From Eledone cirrhosa (lineage: Eukaryota): 64,000 nucleotides of DNA. Positions 1-10,100 of this stretch are shown piece by piece (position 1 is the stretch's first letter; each line of letters begins with the position of its first letter). Location: NCBI GenBank assembly GCA_964016885.1, contig OZ024743.1, positions 339,450,001 to 339,514,000 of the forward strand. The letters run 5' to 3'. Below the pieces are notes generated by a model. The model did no database searches. It was not told where the DNA came from and saw only the letters and a program-made list of their open reading frames with translations. A program made the translations under genes and the position numbers.

Positions 1-267
1 TAGCAGCTTGCTTCACACACTGCTTTCCTCGGTGCAGTATTGGCAACATTTGATTTAAGATTTTCACAGCTGTTAGAATCAAAAATATTTTTTTAATATA
101 TTAAAAAAGCATTCAACTTCAATATTTGTATTGTATAACAAAGACAATGTCTGGTTATCACAACAAAAAATGTCTAGCTATAAAGACACACACACAGGTG
201 TATGTATATGTATGTATATATATATATATATATATAGAAGTGGTTACTCAACAGTTAGTTCACCATA

Positions 268-307
268 CCGAGAACAATTGTTTCACCTTCGCGGATCTTC
301 AGCTCGG
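268..307 (-). ncRNA. Minimal type I hammerhead ribozyme, minus-strand copy
   Basis: The reverse complement reads CCGAG-CUGAAGA-UCCGCGAAGGU-GAAA-CAAUUG-UU-CUCGG, identical to 395-434. Confidence 0.75.
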
Positions 308-394
308 GATGTGTATGGTTATAGGAACAAGAAGGACAACCATACGATGCGCGTTCGTACGGTTGTCCTTCCTGTTCCTATAAACATACACATC

Positions 395-434
395 CCGAGC
401 TGAAGATCCGCGAAGGTGAAACAATTGTTCTCGG
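395..434 (+). ncRNA. Minimal type I hammerhead ribozyme, plus-strand copy
   Basis: Stem I CCGAG/CUCGG, core CUGAAGA (400-406), short stem II CC/GG with a U.U base, GAAA (418-421), palindromic stem III ACAAUUGU, GUU triplet with predicted cleavage after 429. Confidence 0.75.
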
Positions 435-531
435 TATGGTGAACTAACTGTTGTGTAACCACTTCTACCCAACTCGTCCCTTGGACTGAGTGCTCTGCCA
501 CTACGGATATTACCTTCCAGTGTTCCACCAC

Positions 532-546
<15 letters not shown>

Positions 547-563
<17 letters not shown>

Positions 564-3462
564 AATGAAATTATTGTGTAAAGTGCTCAGGTGCACTACA
601 ATTCGTCAATATAGTACATAGAATAATACACAAATGTCAGGGAAGTACATGTGTGTATGTGTTAGCTGTAGTGTTGGCGGATCTCGGAAAGCATGGAGGC
701 CTTAAAGGATGCAGTGTCTCGACAGCTAACAACTGATGCAGGTAGTTTGTTCCATGCTTCAGCAACTCTGAGCGTGAAAAAATGTTTCCGAAAGTCATGG
801 GAACTGTGCTGTTTTCTTACTTTGTGGGCATGTCCACGTGTGTTAGACACATGGAAATCGAAAAGGTACTCAGGGTTGTTGTTGGCAACATGGTTAACAA
901 TTTTGTGGGTGTTTACCAAGTCAGTTGCCAGGCGTCGGAGCTTCAATGAATCCATGCCCAGGGAAGCAAGGCGCTCAGAGTATGGTAGATGCCTGATGGA
1001 GGGTATTCGCTTGGTTGCACGTCTCTGAACAGTTTCCAGGCGGTCAATGTCCTGAGCAAGATAGGGGTTCCAGACTGGTGATGCAAATTCTAAGTGTGGT
1101 CGCACCATAGCTGTATACAGCCTTAAATAGATATCTGGAGAGCGGCTGACAAAGGTCTTGCTGAGTGATGCTAAGACACCCTCGGCCCTCTTGACAATTT
1201 TAGAGACGTGCCTCGTCCAACGCAAATCGCTGCTGACCGTAATGCCCAGGTCACGTTCACAGGAAGACTTCTTGATATTAGTGCTGTGGAGGGAGTATGT
1301 GGACGCTGGGTTTTTACTCCCAAAATGCATGGTGGTGCACTTGTCTACAGCTAGCTTGAGTTGCCAGTCTGAGATCCACTGTTGCATTGTGTCCAGGTCA
1401 GACTGCAAACAAGATCTATAGTGTTCAGGATCTGTCCTTTTTATTTCAAGGTACAGCTTGATGTCGTCTGCATACTTTAGTACTGTGGCATTCCTTAAGT
1501 TGGCATCTATGTCATTAATATATGCCACAAACAAAAGGGGGCCAAGAAGAGATCCCTGTGGTACACCAGATGACATCTCATATGGTGAGGAATGCTGTCC
1601 CAGAATCGTGACTACCTCTCTTCGACTGAGAATGAAGGACTTCAACCAGTTAAAAAGATCATCCTTCACACCCATTGCAGAGAGTTTTGCCATAAGCCTT
1701 TTGTGTGGCACAGAATTGAAGGCCTTCGCAAAGTCAAGGTAAACAACATCCACCCATGAGCCGCCATCAGTGATCCGGGTGATGTCCTCAAGGAACTCTA
1801 TAAGTTGATCACAGCAGCTGGAGTTGGAGATAAATCCAAATTGCGAGGGCCGGATAAGACTGTGAGAGCTCCAGAAGTTCCAAAGTGTTTCTCTGACACA
1901 GGATTCCATCAGTTTGGCGATGCAACTAGTAAGACTGACTGGACGATAGTTCACAGGTGATGTGCGGTCACCCTTTTTGAACAGAGGAATGACACTGGCA
2001 GTTTTCCACTGTTCTGGAGTAGCACTGTTGTTCAGACAGAATTGGAAGAAGCGTGATAACTGGTGTAGAAGGAAGTACCCACCACGTTTAAGAAGCAGGT
2101 ACGTAACACCATCAAGACCAGGACAGGCATGGTTGCGTTTATTTTTTAGGTGACGTCGCAGCATTGCAGGTGTAAATTCCATGGTTGTAATAGAGTCCGG
2201 TGTCATAGGTGGTGGAGATGGTACACTCTGGTCTTCAATAGTGAAAATGCCTGCATAGCATTCAGCAATGAGCTCTGCGCATTCCTTGGGGTCGTCAGTA
2301 ACCTGGCTTGTGTGGGGATTGCGAAGAGGACCAACTGGAGAGTGAGGCCTCTGCTTTGAGTGAACATACTTCCAGAACACCTTACTGTCAGGGCTGGTTG
2401 CTATGCGCTGCTCAAATTGAAGCACTGCCTTTTTTGTCACCTGTTTGAGGTGGTTGGACGATCTATTTCGCCTCTTCCTATTAATGTCTGATTTGTGAAG
2501 TGTGTACTCACGTTCAGCATTGTGCCGTTCTTTTCTGACAAGACGGACTGCTGCAGTCACCCAAATTGCGCTTTTGGGATGTTTTTTCCGCTTACATGGC
2601 ACCGATGCTGCACATGCTGTCCACATTGAGCTCAGGATGTTCTGGAGTACAGTGTTGACATCTCCAGAGTCGTAGAACTCAAGCCAGTTTGGCCGTTGCA
2701 ACTCGGTGCAGTAACAGTTCCAGTCTGCTTTATTCCAGTCAAAGTGAGCAGTTTGGAGATGGTTGTGGTTCTTGTTACTGCCCATGAGGGATAGATTGGC
2801 AATGATCATAGCATGATCAGAGTCACCTAAAGGTTCCTCAGCAGTAACACTAATGACCGTTTCAGGAGTAGTGGTGAAGAGTAGGTCCAAAGTGTTGTCA
2901 CCTCTCATTGGGGAGGTGACCACCTGGGACCAACTTGAGTCCAGCACAAGCTCAAGGAAGTCATTTGCACTTGGCGGCCAACGAAAGGTCTCCCAGTCAA
3001 TCTCAGGGTGATTGAAGTCACCTGCAATGAAAACATAAGTGGCTGTCTTCCTGGCAGCAGCTCTGAGGATATCACAAAGTTGAGTGTCCTGATGGTAATT
3101 TGGGGGACGGTAAACAACTCCAAGTAGCAGTGTTGACATGGTCATACGTATATCGCAGAAAAAAACTTCCTGCTGTGATTGGTTCAAATCAGCACAAGGA
3201 ATTGCCGACAGATTTGACCGAACGTAGACCATTACACCACCACCACCACAATTAATTCGGTCTTTACGAAACAGGTTGTAGCCAGTCATGCTGAAAACCC
3301 CATCACAGAGTAAGGGATGTGCCCAAGTTTCCGTGACTGTAATGAAGTCCGGGTTGATACTTTTGACGTAGGAGTCAAAAAGATGAATCTTATTGCATAG
3401 ACTACGTGCATTCAGGGACAACAATTTGTACTTTGATTCCAGTCTATGATTATGTGCAGATA
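547..3462 (-). mobile_element. CR1-clade non-LTR retrotransposon, 5'-truncated just upstream of the endonuclease (no ORF1), with a short 3' UTR and (ATT)n tail
   Basis: APE-RT ORF; (AAT)n at ~548-566 on the + strand; (TA)n tracts on both sides. Confidence 0.9.
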
Positions 3463-3496
3463 CATATATATATATATATATAAAAGTAAGAGACAC
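662..3496 (-). CDS. CR1 ORF2: AP endonuclease + reverse transcriptase, uninterrupted (the first ~12 codons of the called ORF are flanking microsatellite)
   Basis: Motifs NARSL, VTETW, GDFNHP, LDLLF, SDH; NYRPVSLTS, YLDFAKAF, GVPQGSLLGP, YADD; CR1-type C-terminus RKHFFTLRVAEAWNKLP. Confidence 0.92.
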   Translation of the reverse strand: MSLTFIYIYIYVSAHNHRLESKYKLLSLNARSLCNKIHLFDSYVKSINPDFITVTETWAHPLLCDGVFSMTGYNLFRKDRINCGGGGVMVYVRSNLSAIPCADLNQSQQEVFFCDIRMTMSTLLLGVVYRPPNYHQDTQLCDILRAAARKTATYVFIAGDFNHPEIDWETFRWPPSANDFLELVLDSSWSQVVTSPMRGDNTLDLLFTTTPETVISVTAEEPLGDSDHAMIIANLSLMGSNKNHNHLQTAHFDWNKADWNCYCTELQRPNWLEFYDSGDVNTVLQNILSSMWTACAASVPCKRKKHPKSAIWVTAAVRLVRKERHNAEREYTLHKSDINRKRRNRSSNHLKQVTKKAVLQFEQRIATSPDSKVFWKYVHSKQRPHSPVGPLRNPHTSQVTDDPKECAELIAECYAGIFTIEDQSVPSPPPMTPDSITTMEFTPAMLRRHLKNKRNHACPGLDGVTYLLLKRGGYFLLHQLSRFFQFCLNNSATPEQWKTASVIPLFKKGDRTSPVNYRPVSLTSCIAKLMESCVRETLWNFWSSHSLIRPSQFGFISNSSCCDQLIEFLEDITRITDGGSWVDVVYLDFAKAFNSVPHKRLMAKLSAMGVKDDLFNWLKSFILSRREVVTILGQHSSPYEMSSGVPQGSLLGPLLFVAYINDIDANLRNATVLKYADDIKLYLEIKRTDPEHYRSCLQSDLDTMQQWISDWQLKLAVDKCTTMHFGSKNPASTYSLHSTNIKKSSCERDLGITVSSDLRWTRHVSKIVKRAEGVLASLSKTFVSRSPDIYLRLYTAMVRPHLEFASPVWNPYLAQDIDRLETVQRRATKRIPSIRHLPYSERLASLGMDSLKLRRLATDLVNTHKIVNHVANNNPEYLFDFHVSNTRGHAHKVRKQHSSHDFRKHFFTLRVAEAWNKLPASVVSCRDTASFKASMLSEIRQHYS

Positions 3497-3806
3497 ATAT
3501 GATAAGAATAGAGGAGAAAGAACTATGATATAGAACTATGATAGTATATTAGATGCCTATAGCCGAAGCAAAGTGTGCTTGATACTTACAGATGCAATGT
3601 TAAATATTATAATGGAGTTAATATTTAAAGAAAGTTAAATGCAGAAGGTAAGCAGAACGGGTATAATCAAAAATATATGGAGTAGAAAGCAAGACATTTA
3701 AAAACATTTATTCTTGAAGAATAAACGTATCATGAATGTATAGCTTCATTTTGCTGTTGTACGAATTGGTCTTTCCCTCCAGCAGCATCGTTAAAGACAA
3801 TAATTT

Positions 3807-3913
3807 TTCTCTGATGAGTCTTATAAGTGCATCTCTACTGTAGTATATATACACACATATATGTCTACCTGTTGTATCATAAATGTACTTGAAGATGAAA
3901 CACTGTGTAAGAA
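3807..3913 (+). ncRNA. Type I hammerhead ribozyme with canonical core and elongated stem II
   Basis: Stem I UUCU/AGAA; CUGAUGA (3811-3817); stem II GUCUU/AAGAU continued by AAGUGCAU/AUGUACUU; GAAA (3897-3900); stem III ACAC-U-GUGU; GUA triplet; followed by ATTAAA. Confidence 0.7.
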
Positions 3914-3947
3914 TTAAATCTTGTTTTTAAATTTCTTGCTTTATCCT

Positions 3948-3985
<38 letters not shown>

Positions 3986-4421
3986 TTTCATTTCATTTCG
4001 TTCCAGCCACCCATCCATACAAATTTTTCGAAGGTATCTTAGTTTTTATGACGTTATTATTGTTAATATTACTGCTGTTTTTCTGCTGTATTAACTTCGG
4101 ATATTTACCATGCGGTATTCTAATTCTATCGTATCTCTCTCGGATATTTACCATGCGACCCTCAGTGCCTACCTCACAATTTCCCTCCCACCCACCCCCT
4201 CACACCACCATAGCCTATTCGACCAATCAAACCTCAGCATGCCATTTCCATGGCTGCTGCTACTACTACTACTACCTAACTAACTCTCTCCTCCCCTGTC
4301 GCAGCCCAACACACCCTGCCATTATCCCACCACCACTGTTCTTCTAGCCCTCAATTTTTCCACCGTTATGGATGGATGAGCTGAGAATAAACTTGAGCAA
4401 CTCTGAATCAATAGATGAAAT

Positions 4422-7385
4422 ATGAATCTGCGAGCTACCAAGCACCCACGTGAAGCGCCAATCCAGAGACCCTTCCCTACGAGTGTCGACAAATGCCCAA
4501 AACTCCGAGTTGGTACCATCAATATAGGCTCAATGAAAGGAAGAGCAGGAGAAATCGTAGAAATGCTAGAGCGAAAGGAAATTGATGTATGCTGTGTGCA
4601 AGAGACTAGATGGAGAGGAGAGTCTGCCAGAGTCCTCGTAGGAAAAAGTCGGTGCTACAAATTTTTCTGGGTGGGAAATGACGATGGGATGGGTGGTGTA
4701 GGTATACTACTAGCTGACAAGTGGGTAGATAAAGTAATCTCAGTGTACAGGGTAAATGCAAGAATCATTAAACTCAGACTAGTCCTGAATAAAACAATTA
4801 CCACAATAATATAAGCTTACGCACCCCAATCGGGGCTGTCAGACGAACTTACGGATAGGTTTTACGAGTCCCTAATGCACACTACTGCTCTAACAGACGA
4901 CAATGACTTCCTAATCATCGCAGGAGATTTTAACGGACACATAGGTAAACACTGCGACGGCTTCAATAGAGTACATGGAGGCCATGGGGTTGGCACAAGG
5001 AATGAGGAAGGATTCAGACTTCTAGAATTCTGCGACGCCAATGACATGTCGATATGTAACAAACTTTAAAAAACCCGACAACCACCTGATCACCTATAGA
5101 TTAGGGGAGCACTCTAGTCAGTTAGATTTTATCCTCATCAGAGGACGTGACAGATGGACGGTCGTAAACACAAAAGCCTTCCCTAGTGAGGAATGTACAT
5201 CCCAACATAGCTTAGTTGTCAGCGACCTCACGGTCAGAACTAGACGAACCCGGAAACAGAGGCCAACCTGGAGAAGAAAGATCTGGAAGCTGAAAGTCCC
5301 CTCAACCAGTAACAGATTTAAAGATATTTTACTCAACGCCTACGACAGTAAAGAAGAACAGATAGAGACATTTAATGTAGAAGAGAACTGGGAGTTCCTA
5401 AAAAATAATTTACTAGAGGCGACGGATGAGGTCTGTGGCTGGAGTAAGACCTCAAGCAGGAGGAGAGTGACTTGGTGGTGGAACAATAAGGTAGATGAAG
5501 CAGTTAAGGCCAAGAGACAGGCATAGAAAGAATGGAAGAACGGGGGGAGCAGGGTACATTACATAGAGACCAAGAGGGAAGCTAGGCGACAAGTATACTT
5601 AGCTAGGAGGGAAGAAGAGGATAGAAAATTCAAGCATGTTTTGCAACGTGAGGACCAGAAACAGGAGGTATTCAAGATTGCGAGGCAATGTGTCAGAGAT
5701 AGTTGTGATGTCATTGGAGAGAAGTGTATCCGGAATGATAAAGGTGAGCTTGCCCTCACAAGTGCTGAGAAGAAAGATGCATGGAAGAGTCATTATGATA
5801 GATTACTAAATGAGGAGAATGCATGGGAAGAAGAGACCCTACCCCAAGTAGACCCTATAGAGGGACCAGCAGTACAAGTCAGCAGCAGCGTAGTAAGTAA
5901 GGCAATCAAAGATATGAAGATGGGGAAGGCAACCGGTCCATCGGGTATAGCTGCCGAGATGCTGAAGGCATCTGGGTCTGTAGGTCACACTATAACCACA
6001 CGTATCGTTAACCAGGTAATACTAGAAGGTGCCATACCAAAAGATTGGTGCAGTAGCATCATTGTCAACTGCTACAAAGGTAAAGGCGATGCACTAGATA
6101 GAGGAAACTATAGAGGTATAAAGTTGATGGACCAGGTCATGAAAGTAACAGAAAGAGTTATAGCACAGCTGATTAGGGACCGGGTGAAAATAGACGAGAT
6201 GCAATTTGGGTTTGTACCAGGAAGAGGCACCACTGATGCCCTCTTCCTTGTGAGGCAATTACAGGAAAAGTACCTAGCTAAAAGTAAGCCACTCTACTTG
6301 GCATTTGTCGACCTTGAGAAAGCCTTTGACAGAGTTCCACGTGCTGTAATCTGGTGGGCTCTTAGAAAACTAGGAGTAGATGAATGGCTTGTGAAAGCGG
6401 TACAAGCCATGTATAGGGGAGCAGTCAGCAAAGTTAGGATTAGCAATGAGTATAGCGAGGAATTTAGCGTACAGGTTGGGGTCCACCAGGGCTCTGTTCT
6501 TAGCCCTCTCCTGTTCATCATAGTCCTGCAGGCAATAACGGAGGAGTTTAAGACCGGATGCCCATGGGAACTCCTGTATGCTGATGACCTCGCACTCATA
6601 GCTGAATCTATGGTAGAACTAGAGAATAAATTCAAACTTGGAAGCAGGGACTAGAAAGAAAGGGTCTCAAAGTCAACACGACAAAGACTAAGGTCCTTGT
6701 AAGTAGACGAGAAAACAGAACCCAGATCCCCTCAGGGAAATGGCCTTGCTCAGTATGTAGGAAAGGTGTAGGTAGGAACTCCATTCTCTGCCCCAAATGC
6801 AAACAATGGGTACACAAGAGATGTAGCGGGATCTCAGGAAGCTTAATTAAGAATGTAGGATTCACATGCAGCAAACAGCCACAGGAAACAAGTACGACCA
6901 ATCTCTGGGAGGGCCCTGTAGAAACAGTAGACAGCTTCTGCTACCTAGGTGACCGAATTAGCAGCGGAGGTGGGTGTTCAGAAAGTACAATAACTAGGGT
7001 AAGAACGGGATGGAAAAAGTTTAGGGAATTACTACCACTGCTAGCTGCAAAAGGCTTCTCCCTCAGAATGAAAGGCAGACTGTATGATGCGTGTATCCGA
7101 ACAGCGATGTTGCATGGTAGATTAGAGAGAAACGAAGCCTGCATGCTCCGATGGATGTGTAACACTAATATACGTGAACGACAAAGCATAAATGAATTGA
7201 GAGAGAGACTGAGCATAAGAGGAATCAAATGCTGTGTGCAGGAGAGGCGGTTGCGCTGGTATGGACATGTGATGCGTATGAAGGATGACAGCTGCAAAAA
7301 AAGGTACAGAGCACTAGAAGTTGATGGAAACTGCGGAGTGGGGAGACCCAAGATGGCCTGGGATGAGGTGATAAAAGCAGACCTT
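4422..7385 (+). pseudogene. RTE-clade LINE ORF (APE-RT plus PHD-like Cys/His finger), near full length, with stops and frameshifts
   Basis: GTINIGSM, CVQETRW, GDFNGH, LDFIL, NYRGIKLM, FVDLEKAFD, GVHQGSVLSP, YADD, WPCSVC..C..C..WVH..C, RRLRWYGHVMR, spread over ORFs 4422-7427. Confidence 0.92.
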
Positions 7386-7489
7386 ACCCAATTACACACG
7401 ACCGTGACTTCTGGCGTAACGCAGTAATACAGAGTACCCGACCTCCCATGGGTACAAGCTGAAGCATATAGACAATATGCCCCCACACC

Positions 7490-7764
7490 CCCCACCGCAA
7501 GGTGGTCGTGGAGGTGCCACGGCAAAAAAGCACCCAGCCCACACTGTAAAGTGGACGTGTAGGCGCCACGAAAAAGCACCCAGCACTCACTGTAAATGAG
7601 GTTGGTGTTAGGAAGGGCATCCAGCTGTAGAAATCAAGCCAGATCAGTTCCTGTATGAGCAAGGCATGGTCAGCTGACCAGACACTGCCCACAACAGGAC
7701 AACCCATCTAACCCATGCTAGCGTGGAAGAACGGATGTAAAACGGTGATGATGATGATGATGAT
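7490..7764 (+). mobile_element. RTE-tailed SINE-like segment / 3' end of the LINE, with terminal stem-loop and (GAT)n tail
   Basis: GTTAGGAAGGGCATCCAGCTGTAGAAA motif, CCCATGCTAGCGTGG hairpin, GATGATGAT tail; homologous to the minus-strand copies at 10711-11650. Confidence 0.7.
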
Positions 7765-7785
7765 ATGTGTGTGTGTGTGTATACA

Positions 7786-7863
7786 CAGGATGTCCTCCAA
7801 AAATGTATACACACTTTTATTAGAATGTTGTTGAAGTGTGTATACATTTTCTGGGACACCCTG
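7786..7863. mobile_element. Tc1/mariner-type MITE (78 bp)
   Basis: ~30-bp imperfect TIRs CAGG(A/G)TGTCC..AAAATGTATACACACTT in a TA/CA-rich context. Confidence 0.7.
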
Positions 7864-8278
7864 TATATATTCTGGTACATAGGGTTTGGTTATGTGTATA
7901 CGGGAGGTTTTGCGTCTGTGTGATTATGTAGGTCCGTACGTATGGTGGGTGTGTATATGTGTACTTCTTGTTTTAGTTGACTTACGTCTCCGAACATTCG
8001 TGTATTTATATGTAGGTATGTGTGTGCGCTTGTTATATACGTATTTATTTATTTATATACGTTTATATAATTATTTATTTATTTGTATACACGCATACAC
8101 ACACACATATTTATATGTGCGTGGTTTTGTATACCTATGGTAAGGTTTTGTGTATGCTTGTGTATGTACGTTTTTGTTTGCGTGTATGTATTTATTTATT
8201 TCTATTACTTCTGTATTGTATTTATTTACTTTGTTCTTAACTCTGTAGCGGAGATTCATTTGGTCTCCTAGTTAGAAT

Positions 8279-8547
8279 TTTAGTCTACGACTTCTGCTAT
8301 ACCATTTACGTGGTTTTGTCTTTGTGTGCTATTGTTCTCCACGCTCCACATATGACGTATTATCTTCGTTTTTTCGTTCATTGCTAGAGAACGTCTCTAT
8401 GCACCACCTAAGAGAACATTAGTCTACGACCTCTTTTATACCATAAACGTGTTTCTGTCTTTGCGCGTAAATGTTTTTCACCGCTCCTATTAATGACGTA
8501 TTATTCGTTTTTTCCCGTTCTTAGCCAGCAAACGTTTCCACGAACCA
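8279..8547. repeat. Diverged ~140-bp tandem duplication
   Basis: TTAGTCTACGAC...TATACCAT...ATGACGTATTAT...AACGT occurs at ~8280 and ~8419. Confidence 0.75.
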
Positions 8548-8625
8548 AAGTATCGTCTTCCTGTCTTCCTCCGGTTGCAACGTTTTTTGAAATATCCAGT
8601 TCTGCGTTTACAGATTGACTTTGTT

Positions 8626-8676
8626 AGTTTCAGAAGATCCCGTTAAGGGTGAAAGCAGCGATTCTTTGCTTAAACT
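8626..8676 (+). ncRNA. Degenerate type I hammerhead (Penelope pLTR-like), followed by AATAAA
   Basis: AGUUU-CAGAAGA(U4>A)-UCCC GUUAA GGGU-GAAA-GCA..UGC-UU-AAACU; all three stems pair; AATAAA at 8692. Confidence 0.55.
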
Positions 8677-8716
8677 TTAACCTGTTATTTTAATAAATAT
8701 ATATATATATATATTG

Positions 8717-9777
8717 ATACAGTAGGAGTACATCAGGTTCGATCCTCAGCCCGCTCTTGTTCATTATAGTCCTCCAAGCCATAACAGAGGAGTTTAAGAT
8801 TAGCTGCCCATGGGAACTTCTCTATGAATCAGTAGAGGAGCTAGAGAATAAATTCTGGCTATGGAAACAGCAGTTGAAATCAAGAGAACTGAGAGTGAAC
8901 CTAGCTAAGACAAAAGTGTTGATAAGTAGAAAAGAGGACAAAACTCTGATTCCATCAGGGAAATGGCCATGTTTGATATGTAGAAAAGGAGCTGGCATAA
9001 ATTCTATAAAATGTACACAATGCAGATCTTGGGTACACAAGAGATGTAGTGGGATAGCAGGCAAAACTACATATGCACTAGATGTACAGGGAAATTTGAC
9101 AGTAGAAGTCGCAGTGATAGACACATTTTTCAAATACAGATAGGTTCTATAGAAGTGGTTGATAGCTTCTGGTACCTAGATGATCAGATTAGCAAGGGAG
9201 CGGGGTGTTCCAAGGCCATAGTATCTAGAATAAGGATGGGTTGGAAGAAGTTTAGGGAACTGCTTCCTCTGCTGACAAAGAAAGGTTTCTCCCTGTGTAC
9301 GAAAGGCCGGTTATATGATGCCTGTGTGAGATGCACGATGCTGCATGGTAGTGAGACATGGGCAGCAACTGCAAAGGATATGTGATGGCTGGAGAGAAAT
9401 GAAGCAAGAATGCTTTGTTGGATGTGCAATGTCAATGTGCATGAACGACCAAGCATAGATGAGTTGAGAGAGAAACTGTGTATAAGAAGGATAAGTTGTA
9501 GTGTGCAGGAGAGAAAACTGCGATAGTATGGACATGTGATGCACATAGAGGATGACCGCTGGGTAAAGTGCCAAGAAATCCCAGTAGAAGGAAGATGCAG
9601 TAGAGGAAGACCATGAAAAAATGGGTGGAGGTGATAGAGAGCAGACTTCAGATCGCTAAAGCTCACGGAGGAGATGACGAAGGACCGTGACAAGTGGAGA
9701 GATGCTGTGCTGAATAGGACCTGTCCCAACCTTGCAAGCAGGGAAAAGCGGACATAAAATGAGGATGATGATGATGG
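8717..9777 (+). mobile_element. 5'-truncated, decayed RTE LINE (RT C-half, Cys/His finger, (GAT)n tail)
   Basis: LFIIVLQAITEEFK, WPCLICRKG..CTQC..WVHKRC, KGRLYDACVR; tail CCTTGCAAGCAGG..GATGATGAT; homologous to 6470-7385. Confidence 0.9.
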
Positions 9778-9959
9778 GTTGGTCAAAAAGTATGTTTGGT
9801 TTTTGTTGACACTAAACTCCAAGCACTCTAATAAGTAGCTAACCTCAGTCTGTTCTTTGTATATGTGCACTCATTAGATACTTGACACTTCAATGTAGCT
9901 TGAAGTGAACATGTGACAAGACAAGACAGGTTATGTTTTTTTTTATTTTAAGAGAGACA

Positions 9960-10100
9960 AGAAGTAGCAGAAAACTGTAGGGAGATAAGTGCTGTGTACA
10001 GAGAGGATGCTGTTATGCAACATGTTCCCCAGAAGTGGCTTTCAAGATTTCGATTGGGAAATTTTACAGTTCAAGATGCACCTTGCTCTGGTCAAACAAA
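9960..10100 (+). pseudogene. Mariner transposase N-terminal HTH relic
   Basis: Translates as ..EISAVYREDAV..QKWLSRFRLGNFTVQDAPCSG, resembling the mariner WFxRFxxG..D.PRSGRP motif. Confidence 0.6.

Larger units (their letters stand above)
235..531. mobile_element. Foldback element: 113-bp inverted arms (235-347 / 355-467), 7-nt loop and ~65-bp unpaired extension, between (TA)n tracts; probable inverted Penelope pseudo-LTR relic
   Basis: The arms are reverse complements with 4 mismatches; the loop is TGCGCGT; each arm carries a hammerhead motif. Confidence 0.75.

Noticed and set aside
126-531. Short ORFs on both strands sharing the peptide EVVTQQLVHHTENNCFTFADLQLGMCM
   Set aside because: A by-product of the inverted repeat; no coding evidence.
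4097-4157. 18-bp direct repeat TCGGATATTTACCATGCG as the RTE TSD
   Set aside because: Both copies lie upstream of the ORF 43 bp apart, with none after the 3' tail.
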